64,000 nucleotides of DNA from an uncultured delta proteobacterium (GTDB lineage: Bacteria > Desulfobacterota > Binatia > UBA9968), in the NCBI GenBank assembly GCA_963847445.1, contig CAWJZV010000004.1:96001-160000 (forward strand), written 5' to 3'. Below, in pieces: positions 61,733 to 64,000 of the stretch (position 1 is the first letter of the stretch; each line of letters opens with the position of its first letter). The notes under the pieces were generated by a model. It was not told where the DNA came from, ran no database searches, and saw nothing but the letters and a program-made list of their open reading frames with translations. The translations under genes were made by a program, and so were the position numbers.

Positions 61733-62832
61733 ATGAAAGCCGCTCAAGTCAGACTGGAAAACATCGGTAAACGCTACGGCGAACAGTGGGTGGTTCGCGA
61801 TGTCAATCTGCAGATCCAAGCGCGGCGATTTCTTCACCTTCCTGGGCCCCAGCGGCTGCGGTAAGACGACCCTGTTACGCATGATCGCCGGCTTCGCGAT
61901 CCCGGATCAGGGGTCGATTCACCTCGACGACCAGGAGGTCAGTCGCATGCCGCCATGGCAGCGCGACATCGGCATGGTGTTTCAGAATTACGCTCTCTGG
62001 CCGCACATGACGGTGTTTGAAAACGTCGCCTTCGGCCTGCGCGAGCGAAAAATTCCCCGCGGCGAAATTGTCAGCCGGGTGCACCAAGCCTTGGCGACCG
62101 TCGACCTCCAGGGCCGCGAGTCGCACCGGCCGTCGCAACTCTCCGGCGGCCAGCAACAGCGCGTCGCCCTGGCGCGCATCCTGGTGATTCAGCCGCAGGG
62201 TGCTGTTGTTGGACGAACCGCTGAGCAATCTCGACGCCAGGCTGCGTGTCGAAATGCGCCTGGAATTATTGAAGCTGCAACGCGATCTCGGCCTGACCAC
62301 GATCTACGTCACCCACGATCAGGAAGAGGCCCTCGCCATGTCGACAAAGATCGCCGTGATGAATCGCGGCCAAGTCGTCCAGGTCGGCCCGCCGCGCAAG
62401 ATCTATGAGCAGCCGATTGACAACTTCGTCGCCGCCTTTGTCGGCCAAGCCAATTTACTGGCTGGGAAAATTCGCGCGCGCAGCGACCACGCATGCGCGG
62501 TCGATATCGGCGATGGCAACGTCGTCCAAACCCATGCCGCGGCTGCAACTTTTCAAGCCGGCGATGCCGTGTGGCTTAGCCTGCGGCCGGAAGCGGTCGA
62601 ACTATTGCCGCGCGGCGCCGAGAGACTATCTGTCAATGCTCTTGAGGGAAAGATAATTACCGCCGCTTATCAAGGCGCAGTCGTCGAATACGAAGTCAGC
62701 GCGGCGGCAACTATCCTCAAAGTTCGTGTCGCCAATTCGAAAGGGCAAACACTTTATCAGCGAGGCGATGAAGTAAGCCTATCTTTTACCCCAGAGGCCG
62801 TCACCTGCCTGGTAGGCTCCAGCGAGAAATAG
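61733..62832 (+). CDS. ABC ATP-binding protein, FbpC/PotA-like (frameshifted)
   Basis: [56 protein letters not shown]. Confidence 0.93.
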
Positions 62833-62871
62833 CGCTCCCAGTGAGCGGCGGCCCGGCATGTAATTGCACCG

Positions 62872-63274
62872 CTAAAGTTTAGCGAAGATATCTGGCTCAA
62901 CCCGCGACAGACTCTGCGCTATCGCTTGTTGGTCGATGGCCTTGGCAAGGTCATCATAGCCGGCTTCAGCAGACCATTGACGGCAGCCGAGTCTTGAGCT
63001 GATCCAGAGTCCAGCGCACTGGGTCGGTGATACCTTCGGCGATCATATCGTGGACGGGGTTCTTCGGCGACGCGCCGACATGATAATGGGGCGTCTTGCT
63101 GAAGCAGTCGAAACGCAAAATTCTCGCGCCGTCCTCTTCGCCCGCCACGGTAACATCGAAGGTCAACCCCTCATCGCCGCCGATGCCGCGGCGGTAATCC
63201 ACCCAAATCCGCATCCCCGCCGCCTCGATGACAACCGGATCGCTCTTCTTCGGCATAGATTGTTCTTTTTCCAT
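62872..63274 (-). CDS. Hypothetical protein with LRFDCF...PHYH motif (frameshift near 62968)
   Basis: D.GLTF.V, ILRFDCFSKTPHYH, DPVRWTLDQL..RLP.M then EAGYDDLA in the adjacent frame. Confidence 0.75.
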
Positions 63275-63483
63275 GGTCCACGTCCCTTCCATGTTTAATG
63301 AGTTACTTTCCGAGCCAGCCGCGAGACAGTAACAGCCTCCCGGCCGGTTGCGCAAACCATTGAATAGCCCTACGCTTTACGCCGAGGGATCGCGATTATG
63401 TCGTCTCGAAGTCCGTTTTCTCTTTGTCATTATTCCGCGAACGGGTAGAATCCAGACCTGGTATTCTCAACAGACCGCCGCGC

Positions 63484-64000
<517 letters not shown>

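Overview
A GC-rich (roughly 60% by eye) bacterial chromosomal segment with about 60 protein genes. I found no rRNA, tRNA, CRISPR array, integrase or transposase. Housekeeping genes (typA, tatA, degP-like, mgtE, purN/purM, pyrE, pyrR, ppa, gfa, metH 3' end) are mixed with many catabolic and transport genes: orphan TauA/NMT1 and Bug/TctC binding proteins, three ABC clusters, Rieske oxygenase, UbiD, Mo-hydroxylase, and several amidohydrolases/amidases. This repertoire resembles Candidatus Binatia (Binatota) genomes, but that taxon call is inference only. About 20 genes, including purM, purN and typA, carry single-base frameshifts that most likely are long-read consensus errors. The most interesting features are: (1) a GntR-centred cluster (UbiD decarboxylase, binding-protein-less two-ATPase ABC system, cyclic amidohydrolase, three-subunit Mo-hydroxylase) with a palindromic operator, a candidate undescribed N-heteroaromatic catabolic pathway; (2) a solo PaaA/BoxB-like di-iron enzyme with a consensus sigma-54 promoter and an unannotated 53-aa ORF; (3) a Zn-metallopeptidase plus Ddl-like ATP-grasp ligase pair; (4) many different short palindromic tandem-repeat elements, one in each gap between the catabolic genes of the hydroxylase operon; (5) hidden gene relics: an internally deleted second mgtE, a decayed copy of the MFS 3' end, truncated vapC and Bug genes, and an attC-like site after a DUF4160/DUF2442 pair. 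All family calls come from motif recognition by eye, not database searches.
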